Shown here: positions 18,697-26,909 of the stretch, in pieces
Numbering within the stretch: the first letter of the stretch is position 1
Layout: every line of letters starts with the position of its first letter
Assembly: GCA_018221205.1 (NCBI GenBank)
Contig: JAAOYF010000005.1
Span: 1 to 34,603, forward strand
Direction: 5' to 3'
Length of the DNA: 34,603 bases
Origin: Candidatus Woesearchaeota archaeon
GTDB lineage: Archaea; Nanobdellota; Nanobdellia; Woesearchaeales; WJIZ01
Made by a program: the position numbers and the translations under genes
Notes under the pieces: model-generated
The model's input: only the letters and a program-made list of their open reading frames with translations
Told to the model about the DNA's origin: nothing
Databases searched by the model: none

Positions 18697-19059
18697 ATGC
18701 GGAAAAAGAAGTTGAGTAAAGAGGAGCACCATATTCTTCGTGAAAAAGGGACTGAAGCTCCCTATACCGGCAAATACTATATGCATGATGAGAAAGGAGT
18801 CTATGTGTGTGCTGGATGCGGTAAGCCTTTGTTTTCAAGTGAGATGAAACTTGATTCTTTGTCAGGGTGGCCGAGCTTTTTTGATGCTCAGAAAGGAAGT
18901 GTTGAGATGAAGAAGGATAAAAGCCATCTGATAAGCAGGACTGAAATATTATGCAAGAATTGCGGCGGTCATCTGGGGCATGTGTTCAATGATGGGCCTA
19001 AACCAACTGGAAAACGGTTCTGCGTCAACTCGGGAGCGTTGCATTTCAAGAAGAAATAA
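18697..19059 (+). CDS. msrB: Peptide methionine-(R)-sulfoxide reductase
   Basis: GTEAPYTG, two CxxC zinc pairs, GWPSF, GHLGHVFNDGP, RFCVNS catalytic Cys. Confidence 0.96.
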   Translation: MRKKKLSKEEHHILREKGTEAPYTGKYYMHDEKGVYVCAGCGKPLFSSEMKLDSLSGWPSFFDAQKGSVEMKKDKSHLISRTEILCKNCGGHLGHVFNDGPKPTGKRFCVNSGALHFKKK

Positions 19060-19080
19060 GGGCGTTTCGAAATCGTGACA

Positions 19081-19088
19081 TTTATAAA
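19081..19088 (+). promoter_or_regulatory. Putative TATA box (TTTATAAA) for a leaderless rpl34e-rpl14e transcript
   Basis: TTTATAAA ends 22 nt before ATG 19111 in a 51-nt intergenic gap; short palindrome TAGGAAGTCCTA at 19093-19104. Confidence 0.55.
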
Positions 19089-19110
19089 GAGGTAGGAAGT
19101 CCTAAAAACA

Positions 19111-19383
19111 ATGGTTAGACGAGCATTACGGAGCAGAACTCTACGGAGAGTGAAGGTCAAGACACCTGGCAATAGTGTCAAGACTCACTTCAGGAAGAGA
19201 AAACCTAAGATAGCGCATTGCGGAAAATGTGGTGCAATCCTTAAGGGAATCGCCAGAGAGACTCCCCGGAAGATACAGAACATGCCGAAAACGAGGAAGA
19301 AAGTCATGCGTCCTTTTAGTGGTGTGCTGTGTACGAAATGTTCACGAGCCTTATTCAAAGAAAAAGCGAAATCTCTAAGATAG
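19111..19383 (+). CDS. rpl34e: 50S ribosomal protein eL34
   Basis: RSRTLRRVKVKTPG, CGKCG...RPFSGVLCTKC. Confidence 0.96.
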   Translation: MVRRALRSRTLRRVKVKTPGNSVKTHFRKRKPKIAHCGKCGAILKGIARETPRKIQNMPKTRKKVMRPFSGVLCTKCSRALFKEKAKSLR

Positions 19384-19407
19384 GTGGCGACACTATCGGA
19401 GGCAAAA

Positions 19408-19917
19408 ATGGAGATCGGACAGATATGTATCAAAATTGCAGGCAGAGATGCTGGTAGAGAAGCAGTCATTGTAGATATTCTTGACCATGTGTTTGTTCTT
19501 ATTGATGGGAATGTACGCAGGAGAAAGTGTAATGTCATGCATCTGGAACCTACTGCACAAGTGATCAAGATCAAGAAGAAGGCTTCCCATGAAGAGGTCA
19601 AGGCTGAATTTTCTAAATTGAAGATTGGTGTATGGGAAACTACTCCTAAGAAAGCCGGTAAGAGGCCAATTAAGGTTAGGGGCAAGAAAAAGGCTGAGGT
19701 TGAAGAGAAGTCTAAGAAAGCTGTGAAGAAAAAGGCTGCAAAACCTAAAGAAGCGAAGCCTCAGGCACCAGCTAAAGCTGCTAAGGTTGAAAAACCTGCT
19801 GAAAAGAAGGTTGAAGCAAAGAAAGCCCCTAAACCAGCTGAAAAACCGGCTCCTGCAAAGAAGCCTGAAGCAAAGACAGCTGAGCCTGAACCAGTCGAAA
19901 AGGCAGCAAAAGCTTAA
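19408..19917 (+). CDS. rpl14e: 50S ribosomal protein eL14 with about 96-aa K/A/P/E-rich tail
   Basis: IGQICIKIAGRDAG, VRRRKCNVMHLEP; ATG 19408 follows SD GGAGG (19398-19402). Confidence 0.94.
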   Translation: MEIGQICIKIAGRDAGREAVIVDILDHVFVLIDGNVRRRKCNVMHLEPTAQVIKIKKKASHEEVKAEFSKLKIGVWETTPKKAGKRPIKVRGKKKAEVEEKSKKAVKKKAAKPKEAKPQAPAKAAKVEKPAEKKVEAKKAPKPAEKPAPAKKPEAKTAEPEPVEKAAKA

Positions 19918-19943
19918 AAATCTATTTTCATTCTTCTTCTTTT

Positions 19944-20657
19944 ATGGCTGGCATGAATATGGGTATGAGGTCTGAACATAGATTGGAATTGCAGGTAGAG
20001 ATTACAATAGAACAGATGCAGGCTGTTCTTGCGGAAACTGCTCCGTTCAAGGATAGAAAGTTAAAAACAGAAGATATTGAGGATTATCTTAAAGGAACAA
20101 ATTCTCTATTGGTTGATCGCCGTAATCAGCCTGATGAAGAGCTGCGAAAGAGGTATGTTACTACTGCCGCTATCTATACGTTTGCCTTGCCTGTTCTGGG
20201 AATTGAGATTGATCTTGAAATCAGGACGAATTTTGCGAATATTGTGGGAAAAGGGCCTTATGATATGGGAAATCCCCTTGATGTGTATTTCCAACGACGG
20301 GGGGAACGTTTGCAAGTTGTTGGAGATGCAGAAACACTCACTATTGATCAGAAGACAATAGAGAAAGAGGTTGTTTTTAAGAGGGGTGAGCCTGTCAAGC
20401 AAAAATTGACTGAAGCGTTGCACGCTGTCGCTTCACGTCTCAACGGACAGTATGAAAATGAGGATGATTTTGCCAAGGACCATTTTATGTTTATAGGATT
20501 GCATGATGTCTGTGCGCATCTGTTCGGAGTTAGAGTAAAATACCAGAAAGAAGGTAAAGATAAAGTGAGTGCTGTCTTAGATTTGTATGAAAAATTAAAG
20601 ACTGAATATGGTCAGTTTGTCCTTGAGATTCCGCAACACCTACAGCAAGCCAAATAA
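19944..20657 (+). CDS. Hypothetical protein (orphan)
   Basis: 237-aa ORF filling the gap between rpl14e and convergent pheT; no family recognised; HDVCAH motif. Confidence 0.75.
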   Translation: MAGMNMGMRSEHRLELQVEITIEQMQAVLAETAPFKDRKLKTEDIEDYLKGTNSLLVDRRNQPDEELRKRYVTTAAIYTFALPVLGIEIDLEIRTNFANIVGKGPYDMGNPLDVYFQRRGERLQVVGDAETLTIDQKTIEKEVVFKRGEPVKQKLTEALHAVASRLNGQYENEDDFAKDHFMFIGLHDVCAHLFGVRVKYQKEGKDKVSAVLDLYEKLKTEYGQFVLEIPQHLQQAK

Positions 20658-22286
20658 TTCAGTCAGATTCAATTCAAAAGCAGCTACTGGGAATTCTAAT
20701 TCAAAGTTTTCCAGAACTTCTGGAGAGATCTCTCCTATGAATGCGATCTTTTTTCCTTTTACGATGACTCTTCCTACACGTCCTTTGATGAAACTAGGAT
20801 GCTCTACTGAAATGATCTTGTAATCCAGACCGATCATCCTCAAAAGATAGTCTAGAACCTGTCGGGTTCTGGTGTAATCAGTATGTTCTGAGCACAGTAA
20901 AGATGCCAACCGTTCCTGCTCGAGGACTCCTGTCTCTTCTGATGCGTCTTTCTTGAAGACTGTGCCTAATGAAAAGATGTTCTGAGGATATTCGTGATGT
21001 TTGTTCGCTTTCAGCACGTCTAAAAGCATAGGTATGTTCCACGCTGCCAAGACATCGTACTCCTGGTTGAGTGCATTTGCTAACTCTATAAGATTTAGAT
21101 TGATGTTCATGGCCTTATTCTGAAGATCTTTGTTTGTGAGATGGAATGTCTTACATTCTTGCAGGCCCAATCCCGCCAAAATCTCTGATACTTTTCTCTT
21201 GAAGATGTAAAAAGGGTCTTCAGATCCTATGGTAGCTACTTTTGGAATGACTTCTGGAATATTTTCATATCCATACGCTATGGCGATGTCTTCAATCAAG
21301 TCTATCTGATGGAGAACATCTGCGCGATAAGAAGGAACTAATGCTTTTCCTTTCTCATAACCGTAGCCCATTCTCTCCAGATACTTTTTCAAGTCGGTTT
21401 GGGAGAGTTTCAGGCCGAGTCGCTTATTGACATAATCAAGATCTATCTTCATCTCTTTGGGAGAAAGATCTGGTGAGATGCGCTTCTTTCCGTATAGAGA
21501 AAGATCCATCGAATGAATCTCTCCGCCCATATCCGCTAAGGCAGTCACGATGATATTAAGGCAGATGGCCAATACATCATAATCAAATCCAGAACATTCT
21601 ATGAATACCTCCCTGGTCTTTTCAGTTATCTTTCCGATATCATGAGAGTTGATGATCGGAGGAACTGAAAGGATCTTATCATTTGCATCGATGAAGACAG
21701 GGAAGGTGTCCTTTCCTTCCAGAAGGTGTCCGTATTCCTTTCCAGCAGGATGTTTGCTAAGAATTTCCAAACCATTGATCTCTTTTGGATATTCTAAAGG
21801 CTGGAATCTGATATCTTTGGGCTTCATACCAATGAATCTTATGGGTGTTTTGATCTTTTCAAATGGATAGATGCCGATGGCGACCTTCTTTCGGTTTCTT
21901 CCATAAGTGATATGGAGCTTTTCTTGTATCTGGATGACCTCTCTTATTTTCTCGTCGTCAAAATGGAGCCCTTTCACGATAGCGACTGCTGTGTAAGGCC
22001 TTGCTTTCCTCACTGATTCTTCTACAATGAGCTTATGGGGTGATTTTTTTACATTATATTTTTTCAATCCTGTCTTTTCGCCGATGAATGAAGAGAAAGC
22101 CCTGGAAAATCCCTGTTCTGAGAGCATATCTGGGCGGTTCGGAAAAATCTCTACATTGATCTCCTTGTCGTCGATACTTTCTAAATCGGTGCCTAAGAAA
22201 GAAATCCTTTCCTTGAGCTTATCAGTAGGAAGTCTCTTTCCTACGAGCTTTTCAAAGACCTTTCTGTTCAATGTTATGGTTGGCAT
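20640..22286 (-). CDS. pheT: Phenylalanine--tRNA ligase beta subunit (archaeal type)
   Basis: MPTI, PNRPDMLS, QEKLH...GRNRKKVAIG, PPIINS, YRADVLHQIDLIEDIAIAYGY. Confidence 0.97.
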   Translation of the reverse strand: MPTITLNRKVFEKLVGKRLPTDKLKERISFLGTDLESIDDKEINVEIFPNRPDMLSEQGFSRAFSSFIGEKTGLKKYNVKKSPHKLIVEESVRKARPYTAVAIVKGLHFDDEKIREVIQIQEKLHITYGRNRKKVAIGIYPFEKIKTPIRFIGMKPKDIRFQPLEYPKEINGLEILSKHPAGKEYGHLLEGKDTFPVFIDANDKILSVPPIINSHDIGKITEKTREVFIECSGFDYDVLAICLNIIVTALADMGGEIHSMDLSLYGKKRISPDLSPKEMKIDLDYVNKRLGLKLSQTDLKKYLERMGYGYEKGKALVPSYRADVLHQIDLIEDIAIAYGYENIPEVIPKVATIGSEDPFYIFKRKVSEILAGLGLQECKTFHLTNKDLQNKAMNINLNLIELANALNQEYDVLAAWNIPMLLDVLKANKHHEYPQNIFSLGTVFKKDASEETGVLEQERLASLLCSEHTDYTRTRQVLDYLLRMIGLDYKIISVEHPSFIKGRVGRVIVKGKKIAFIGEISPEVLENFELEFPVAAFELNLTELFGLL

Positions 22287-22287
22287 A

Positions 22288-23817
22288 TTATTTCATCCAA
22301 TATTTCATCTCTCGCATCTGCTTGAGATCATTCTTATACAGCTCTCGAATATCTTTTATCTTCCAATACTCTGAAATTGTCCTTCCCATCCCTAATCCCC
22401 ATGCTAAGACGGGGATTTCTTTGCCGATCAATGGTTTTGTCAGCTCTGGCCTGAATATTCCTGCTCCTCCCAGCTCGACCCATTCCTTATGGATAGGATG
22501 CAGCACTTCTACTTCTGCAGAAGGTTCAGTATAGGGGAAATGTGCTGGTCTTATCCTCACATCCAAAAAGCCCATCTTGGTGAAAAATTCTTTCAAGTAG
22601 CCTTTCAGGTTGGTGAAATCTGCATCCGGATCTACGACTATGCCTTCTACCTGGTAAAATTCAAAGAGATGCTTATAGTCGAGTGCCTCGTTACGGAAGA
22701 CCTTTCCTACAGAGAAGAACTTTGCAGGAAGATCCGATTCCTTTATCTTCGCCAAGGTCTGTGCTGATAAGACTGTTGTATGCGTTCTCAGCAGATTCTC
22801 CTTTGCTATCTCCTCTGACCATTTGCCGCCCCATCCTTTTGAACCGGTATCTGCTCCGTTTTCATGGACGTCTTTTATCTTTTTCCAGATAGGGGGAAGC
22901 TTTCCCTGCTTTGGATCCTTGATATAAAAGGTATCTTGCATCTGCCGTGCAGGATGGTCCTGCGGAACGAATAATGAGTCGAGATCCCAAAAAGATGTCT
23001 GAATCATATTACCGGTCATCTCGGTGAAGCCTAGCTCGAGCCAGATCTTTCTGATGTAATCTACTGATTGGTTGACGAAATGGCGCTTTCCACCATATAC
23101 CTTAGGGACATTGATAGTGACATCATATTCCCGGAATGTCTTTTTCTTCCATGAGCCTGTCTTGAGTATCGAGGGAGTAAGCTTATCCAGGGTGTTTTTC
23201 GAATCGATCTTTATTTTAGTGAGTTCTTTTCCTCTTGCTGTCAATTCAATGGTCTTTATCTTCAGCTTTTTCAGCATGAGGATGTCCTTTCTCTTCTTCA
23301 AAGAATCAAAAGCGAACTTTTCTTCTGCTTTCAGGGTGGTGATGTCTATGGGAAATGGTTTCTTGAGGAATCTTTCCTCCAAAGTCTCTTTTGCAGCGAG
23401 TTTTTTGCCGTTCTCTGCTATTGAGATCATCAATTCTTTCTCTTTCTTGATGTTGATGGCGGCTTTTCCTTTCAATGTTCCCAAGCAGATGTTCACTTCT
23501 GCAGGATCCAATGATGCTTTTCTTGCAAGCTCTGAGAGGGGGATCGGCTTTTCTGAGATGTTCTTGAGGAATCTTCTTTCTGGAAGGCCTTTCTCTTTGT
23601 ACAAGAGGCCGTTCTTGCCTAAGGTGAGAGAATCTTTCTCCTGTTCGTGTATCTTGAGAATGTCTCTGTTCGAGAGCCATTGCAGAGCGCGCATCACTTC
23701 GACTTCCTGCATACCGGTCTTCCCTACCAGATCATTGAAATCATTGGTTGCTTTGAGAAAGGGAACTACTTTTCTCTCTAGAGGATGTAAATTCCTTGCC
23801 AGTGTCTTCAGGTCCAT
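22288..23817 (-). CDS. pheS: Phenylalanine--tRNA ligase alpha subunit (archaeal type, N-terminal wHTH region)
   Basis: PQDHPARQMQDTF, LRTHTT, FRNEALDYKHLFEFYQVEG, FPYTEPS, GAGIFRPE. Confidence 0.97.
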   Translation of the reverse strand: MDLKTLARNLHPLERKVVPFLKATNDFNDLVGKTGMQEVEVMRALQWLSNRDILKIHEQEKDSLTLGKNGLLYKEKGLPERRFLKNISEKPIPLSELARKASLDPAEVNICLGTLKGKAAINIKKEKELMISIAENGKKLAAKETLEERFLKKPFPIDITTLKAEEKFAFDSLKKRKDILMLKKLKIKTIELTARGKELTKIKIDSKNTLDKLTPSILKTGSWKKKTFREYDVTINVPKVYGGKRHFVNQSVDYIRKIWLELGFTEMTGNMIQTSFWDLDSLFVPQDHPARQMQDTFYIKDPKQGKLPPIWKKIKDVHENGADTGSKGWGGKWSEEIAKENLLRTHTTVLSAQTLAKIKESDLPAKFFSVGKVFRNEALDYKHLFEFYQVEGIVVDPDADFTNLKGYLKEFFTKMGFLDVRIRPAHFPYTEPSAEVEVLHPIHKEWVELGGAGIFRPELTKPLIGKEIPVLAWGLGMGRTISEYWKIKDIRELYKNDLKQMREMKYWMK

Positions 23818-23818
23818 T

Positions 23819-24628
23819 CTAGTAGCTCCTGGGATAGGATCCCAGCACCTTCACATAAAACATTTTCCCTATCGCTGAAAGGGCCTCTTCCATCTCTGGA
23901 TTGTCTTTGTGACCTTCCATCTCGATGAAAAAGATGTAATCACCGATTTTGCCCTTTGAAGGCTTGGATTCTATTTTAGTCATATTAATCTTTCTCTTTG
24001 CAAGCTCTCCGATCATGGTATAGAGCAGCCCTGGATGGTCTGTCTGCGGGTAAATGGCGATGCTTGTGCGGTCCTTTCCTGTAGGCGAGGTCTTTTCACT
24101 GCCCACCACCACAAATCTTGTTATGTTATATTTGCTGTCCTGGATATCCTTTGCGATGACAGACAATTTATATTTTTTTATTGCGCCGTGTGAAACTATC
24201 GCCCCATACTCCTTTTCTGGAGTTTTTGTTAACTTTTGTGCTGAGCGTGCGTTGCTGTCAGTGAGCATTATCTCTTCTATCTTAAGAGTGCGTCTGATAT
24301 ACTTCTCGCATTGGACATAGGTAAGGGGATGAGTATAGAGATACTTGATGTCCTTTGTCTTTCCTAAAGATGCAAGGAAATGCCTTACTTCAATGGTCAC
24401 TTCAGAGACAATCGGTATGTCAAATTCAAGCAGTGCGTCAAAGGTCTGGCCGATGCTTCCTGAGACTGAGTTCTCTATCGGGATAACCCCATAATCTGCG
24501 TTGTTTGACTTCAGCTCCTTGAACACTTCCCAGACCGTATTCTTGAATGTGCACTCTGCCTCTGGCTCGTATTTCAGCGCTGCCTCGTGGCTGAACGTCC
24601 TTTCCGGGCCGAGTGTGATAATCTTCAT
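23819..24628 (-). CDS. pheA: Prephenate dehydratase with C-terminal ACT domain (no chorismate mutase domain)
   Basis: LGPERTFSH, PIENSVSG, TRF, ACT PGLLY...INMTKIESKP, LGSYP. Confidence 0.94.
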   Translation of the reverse strand: MKIITLGPERTFSHEAALKYEPEAECTFKNTVWEVFKELKSNNADYGVIPIENSVSGSIGQTFDALLEFDIPIVSEVTIEVRHFLASLGKTKDIKYLYTHPLTYVQCEKYIRRTLKIEEIMLTDSNARSAQKLTKTPEKEYGAIVSHGAIKKYKLSVIAKDIQDSKYNITRFVVVGSEKTSPTGKDRTSIAIYPQTDHPGLLYTMIGELAKRKINMTKIESKPSKGKIGDYIFFIEMEGHKDNPEMEEALSAIGKMFYVKVLGSYPRSY

Positions 24629-25884
24629 TGCTCCTCCATGGTGAGATTTGCTCCTAATGCCTGCATCTTCTGTATGAAACCAGGGAAACTTGCATCCAGG
24701 TTATTGGCATTCATGATTGTGGTGGTGCCTGATGCTGCCATTCCTGCGCAGGCAAGGGCCATGATGACACGGTGATCGTTCTGGCCGTCGACGACAGCTC
24801 CATTAAGATGACAACGTTCGATGACCAATCCGTTTGGTGTTTCCTCTATCAGCGCGCCCATCTTTTTCAATTCTTTGGCCATCGCAGCAATCCTGTCGGA
24901 TTCTTTTATTCTTGCATGGCCGACATTTGATAATGTCGTTGAGCCTTGCGAGAAACAGCCGAGGACAGCCATTATCGGCAACAGGTCAGGAGTATTATTG
25001 AGATCTGCCTTTATCCCTCTCAATTCCTCTGGCTTGATGACTGTCTCTTTTCCAAGCTGAATGTCTGATCCTGTCTCTCTCAGGAAGTCGATTATCCTCT
25101 TATCTCCCTGGATGTCTCCGTAATCTAATCCTAAAAGCGACACTTTTGAGTTTGTTATGGCTGCAGCGACCAATGGAAAGGCTGCTGAGGACCAGTCTGC
25201 AGGTATCCTTTTTGTAAATGCATTATATCTCTGATTGCCTTCGATCAAAAAGCTCCCTGATTTCTCCTTGAATCTGATCTTCTGCTCTGCGAGCCATTTC
25301 AGTGTCATGTCGACATAAGGCTTTTCATTGAGTTCATAGACCTGTAAGGTTGTCTTGCTCTCCAACAAAGGAGCTGCCAACAACATGCTTGTCACATATT
25401 GAGAAGATTTTCCGGAAAGCATGATCGATCCTGCACTTATCGGTCCTTTTATCGAGAGGGGTGCGCATCCTTCTTCTGATTTCACCTCTGCCCCTAAGTT
25501 CTGGAGTGCTTGCAGCAACGGCTGCATCGGCCTGCTCTTGATGGATTCATCACCGTCAAAGGTAATCTCTTTATCCTGCAATGCAGCGATGCTTGCCATC
25601 AGCCTCAATGTTGTTCCTGAATTGCAGACATTGATCTCATCCCTCTTTGCCTTGATCTTTCCATTCCTTCCTTTGATTGTCCATGATCTTTTACGTTCTA
25701 CTTTGGCGCCTAATGCCTCTGCTGCTGTCAGCGCAGCCAAACAGTCTTCAGATTGCAGCGGATTCCTTATTATCGACTGCCCTTTCGCGAGAAGCGCGAT
25801 GACTATTGCCCTGATGGTATGGGATTTTGATGGAGGAATGACTATCTCTCCCTTAAGCCTGCTCTGCTCGACGATGAGTTTCAT
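24625..25884 (-). CDS. aroA: EPSP synthase (3-phosphoshikimate 1-carboxyvinyltransferase)
   Basis: PPSKS, NSGTTLR, SSQY, DWSSA, PDL, RIKESDRI, NDHR. Confidence 0.96.
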   Translation of the reverse strand: MKLIVEQSRLKGEIVIPPSKSHTIRAIVIALLAKGQSIIRNPLQSEDCLAALTAAEALGAKVERKRSWTIKGRNGKIKAKRDEINVCNSGTTLRLMASIAALQDKEITFDGDESIKSRPMQPLLQALQNLGAEVKSEEGCAPLSIKGPISAGSIMLSGKSSQYVTSMLLAAPLLESKTTLQVYELNEKPYVDMTLKWLAEQKIRFKEKSGSFLIEGNQRYNAFTKRIPADWSSAAFPLVAAAITNSKVSLLGLDYGDIQGDKRIIDFLRETGSDIQLGKETVIKPEELRGIKADLNNTPDLLPIMAVLGCFSQGSTTLSNVGHARIKESDRIAAMAKELKKMGALIEETPNGLVIERCHLNGAVVDGQNDHRVIMALACAGMAASGTTTIMNANNLDASFPGFIQKMQALGANLTMEEQ

Positions 25885-26909
25885 TGTGCTCCTGCAAGCA
25901 CCAAGGCAGTCATATGCTCAATCACTGGTGCGATCCTCGGACATAAACAAGGATCGTGCCTGCCTGATACTTTTATTTTCACTTTTTTCCCTTTTTTATC
26001 AATGGTCAATTGCTCTTTTGCTATTGATGAAGGTGGTTTGATGGCAGCCCTGAATATGATATCCTCTCCATTCGAGATTCCTGCCACAATACCCCCTGCA
26101 TTATTGGTACGGGTGCGTATTTTTCCTTTCTTGTATAATTGATCATTATGCTGTGATCCTTTCATCTCTACTGCTTTGAAGCCAGAGCCGAATTCAATGC
26201 CTTTCACAGCGCCGATCGAGAGAACTGCTTTTGCTAAATCAGCGTTGAGCTTGTCAAAGACTGGATTTCCTAAACCCGGAGGGCAATTCTTTATCGTGAC
26301 TTCAACAATCCCTCCTATGGAATCGCCTTGCTTCTTGATCTTAAGTATCTCCCTCTGCATCCTTTTTGCGGCTTCCTTATCTGGGCACCTCAATGGGTTT
26401 TTTTCAATCTCTTTCAGGTCTCTTTTTTTTGCTTTTATAGTTCCGACCTGGATGGTGTACGCAAATATTTTTGCTTTTGTCAGTTTTTTTGCTATTGCGC
26501 CTGCTGCAACTCTCGCCACTGTCTCTCTTCCTGATGCTCTTCCTCCTCCCCTATAATCATGGATGCCGTATCTCTTCAGATAAGTGAAATCAGCATGCCC
26601 TGGCCTGAAAACATCTTTCCATCTTTCATATATCCTGGAATCTGCGTCTTTATTGTAGACTACCAAGCAGATGGGATGGCCTGTTGTCCTTCCCTTGAAT
26701 ATACCAGAAAGGATATGGACCTTATCCTGCTCTTTTCTTTGTGTTGTTACGGTGCTTTGGCCTGGCTTTCTCTTATCAAGCTCCTTTTGGATGTCTTTTT
26801 CCGATATCTTGATATTGGATTTGACTCCGTCGATAACTGCACCTAGAGCCTTGCCATGCGACTCTCCGAAAGTCATTATCTTCAGTTTTTTTCCAAACGT
26901 GTTTCCCAT
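25881..26909 (-). CDS. aroC: Chorismate synthase
   Basis: TFGESHG, RPGHAD, GGRASGRET, NNAGG, GRHDPC. Confidence 0.97.
   Translation of the reverse strand: MGNTFGKKLKIMTFGESHGKALGAVIDGVKSNIKISEKDIQKELDKRKPGQSTVTTQRKEQDKVHILSGIFKGRTTGHPICLVVYNKDADSRIYERWKDVFRPGHADFTYLKRYGIHDYRGGGRASGRETVARVAAGAIAKKLTKAKIFAYTIQVGTIKAKKRDLKEIEKNPLRCPDKEAAKRMQREILKIKKQGDSIGGIVEVTIKNCPPGLGNPVFDKLNADLAKAVLSIGAVKGIEFGSGFKAVEMKGSQHNDQLYKKGKIRTRTNNAGGIVAGISNGEDIIFRAAIKPPSSIAKEQLTIDKKGKKVKIKVSGRHDPCLCPRIAPVIEHMTALVLAGAQ

Noticed and set aside
19015..19030. Selenocysteine MsrB
   Set aside because: The catalytic codon is TGC (Cys) and there is no in-frame TGA
19384..19407. GTG start for eL14 given by the ORF track
   Set aside because: ATG 19408 has a GGAGG SD and matches the usual eL14 N-terminus
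19944..20657. Orphan as the missing chorismate mutase
   Set aside because: Opposite strand, too long, and lacks recognisable AroQ or AroH motifs; cannot be supported from sequence
23810..23825. T-box or attenuator upstream of pheS
   Set aside because: pheA and pheS are separated by 1 nt, leaving no room, and T-boxes are bacterial
23072..23878. 268-aa + strand ORF and many other long antisense ORFs (e.g. 11535-12218, 25421-26041, 31458-32150, 3196-3744)
   Set aside because: They lie opposite well-supported genes, are F/S/L-rich mirrors of K/E-rich coding strands and show no motifs
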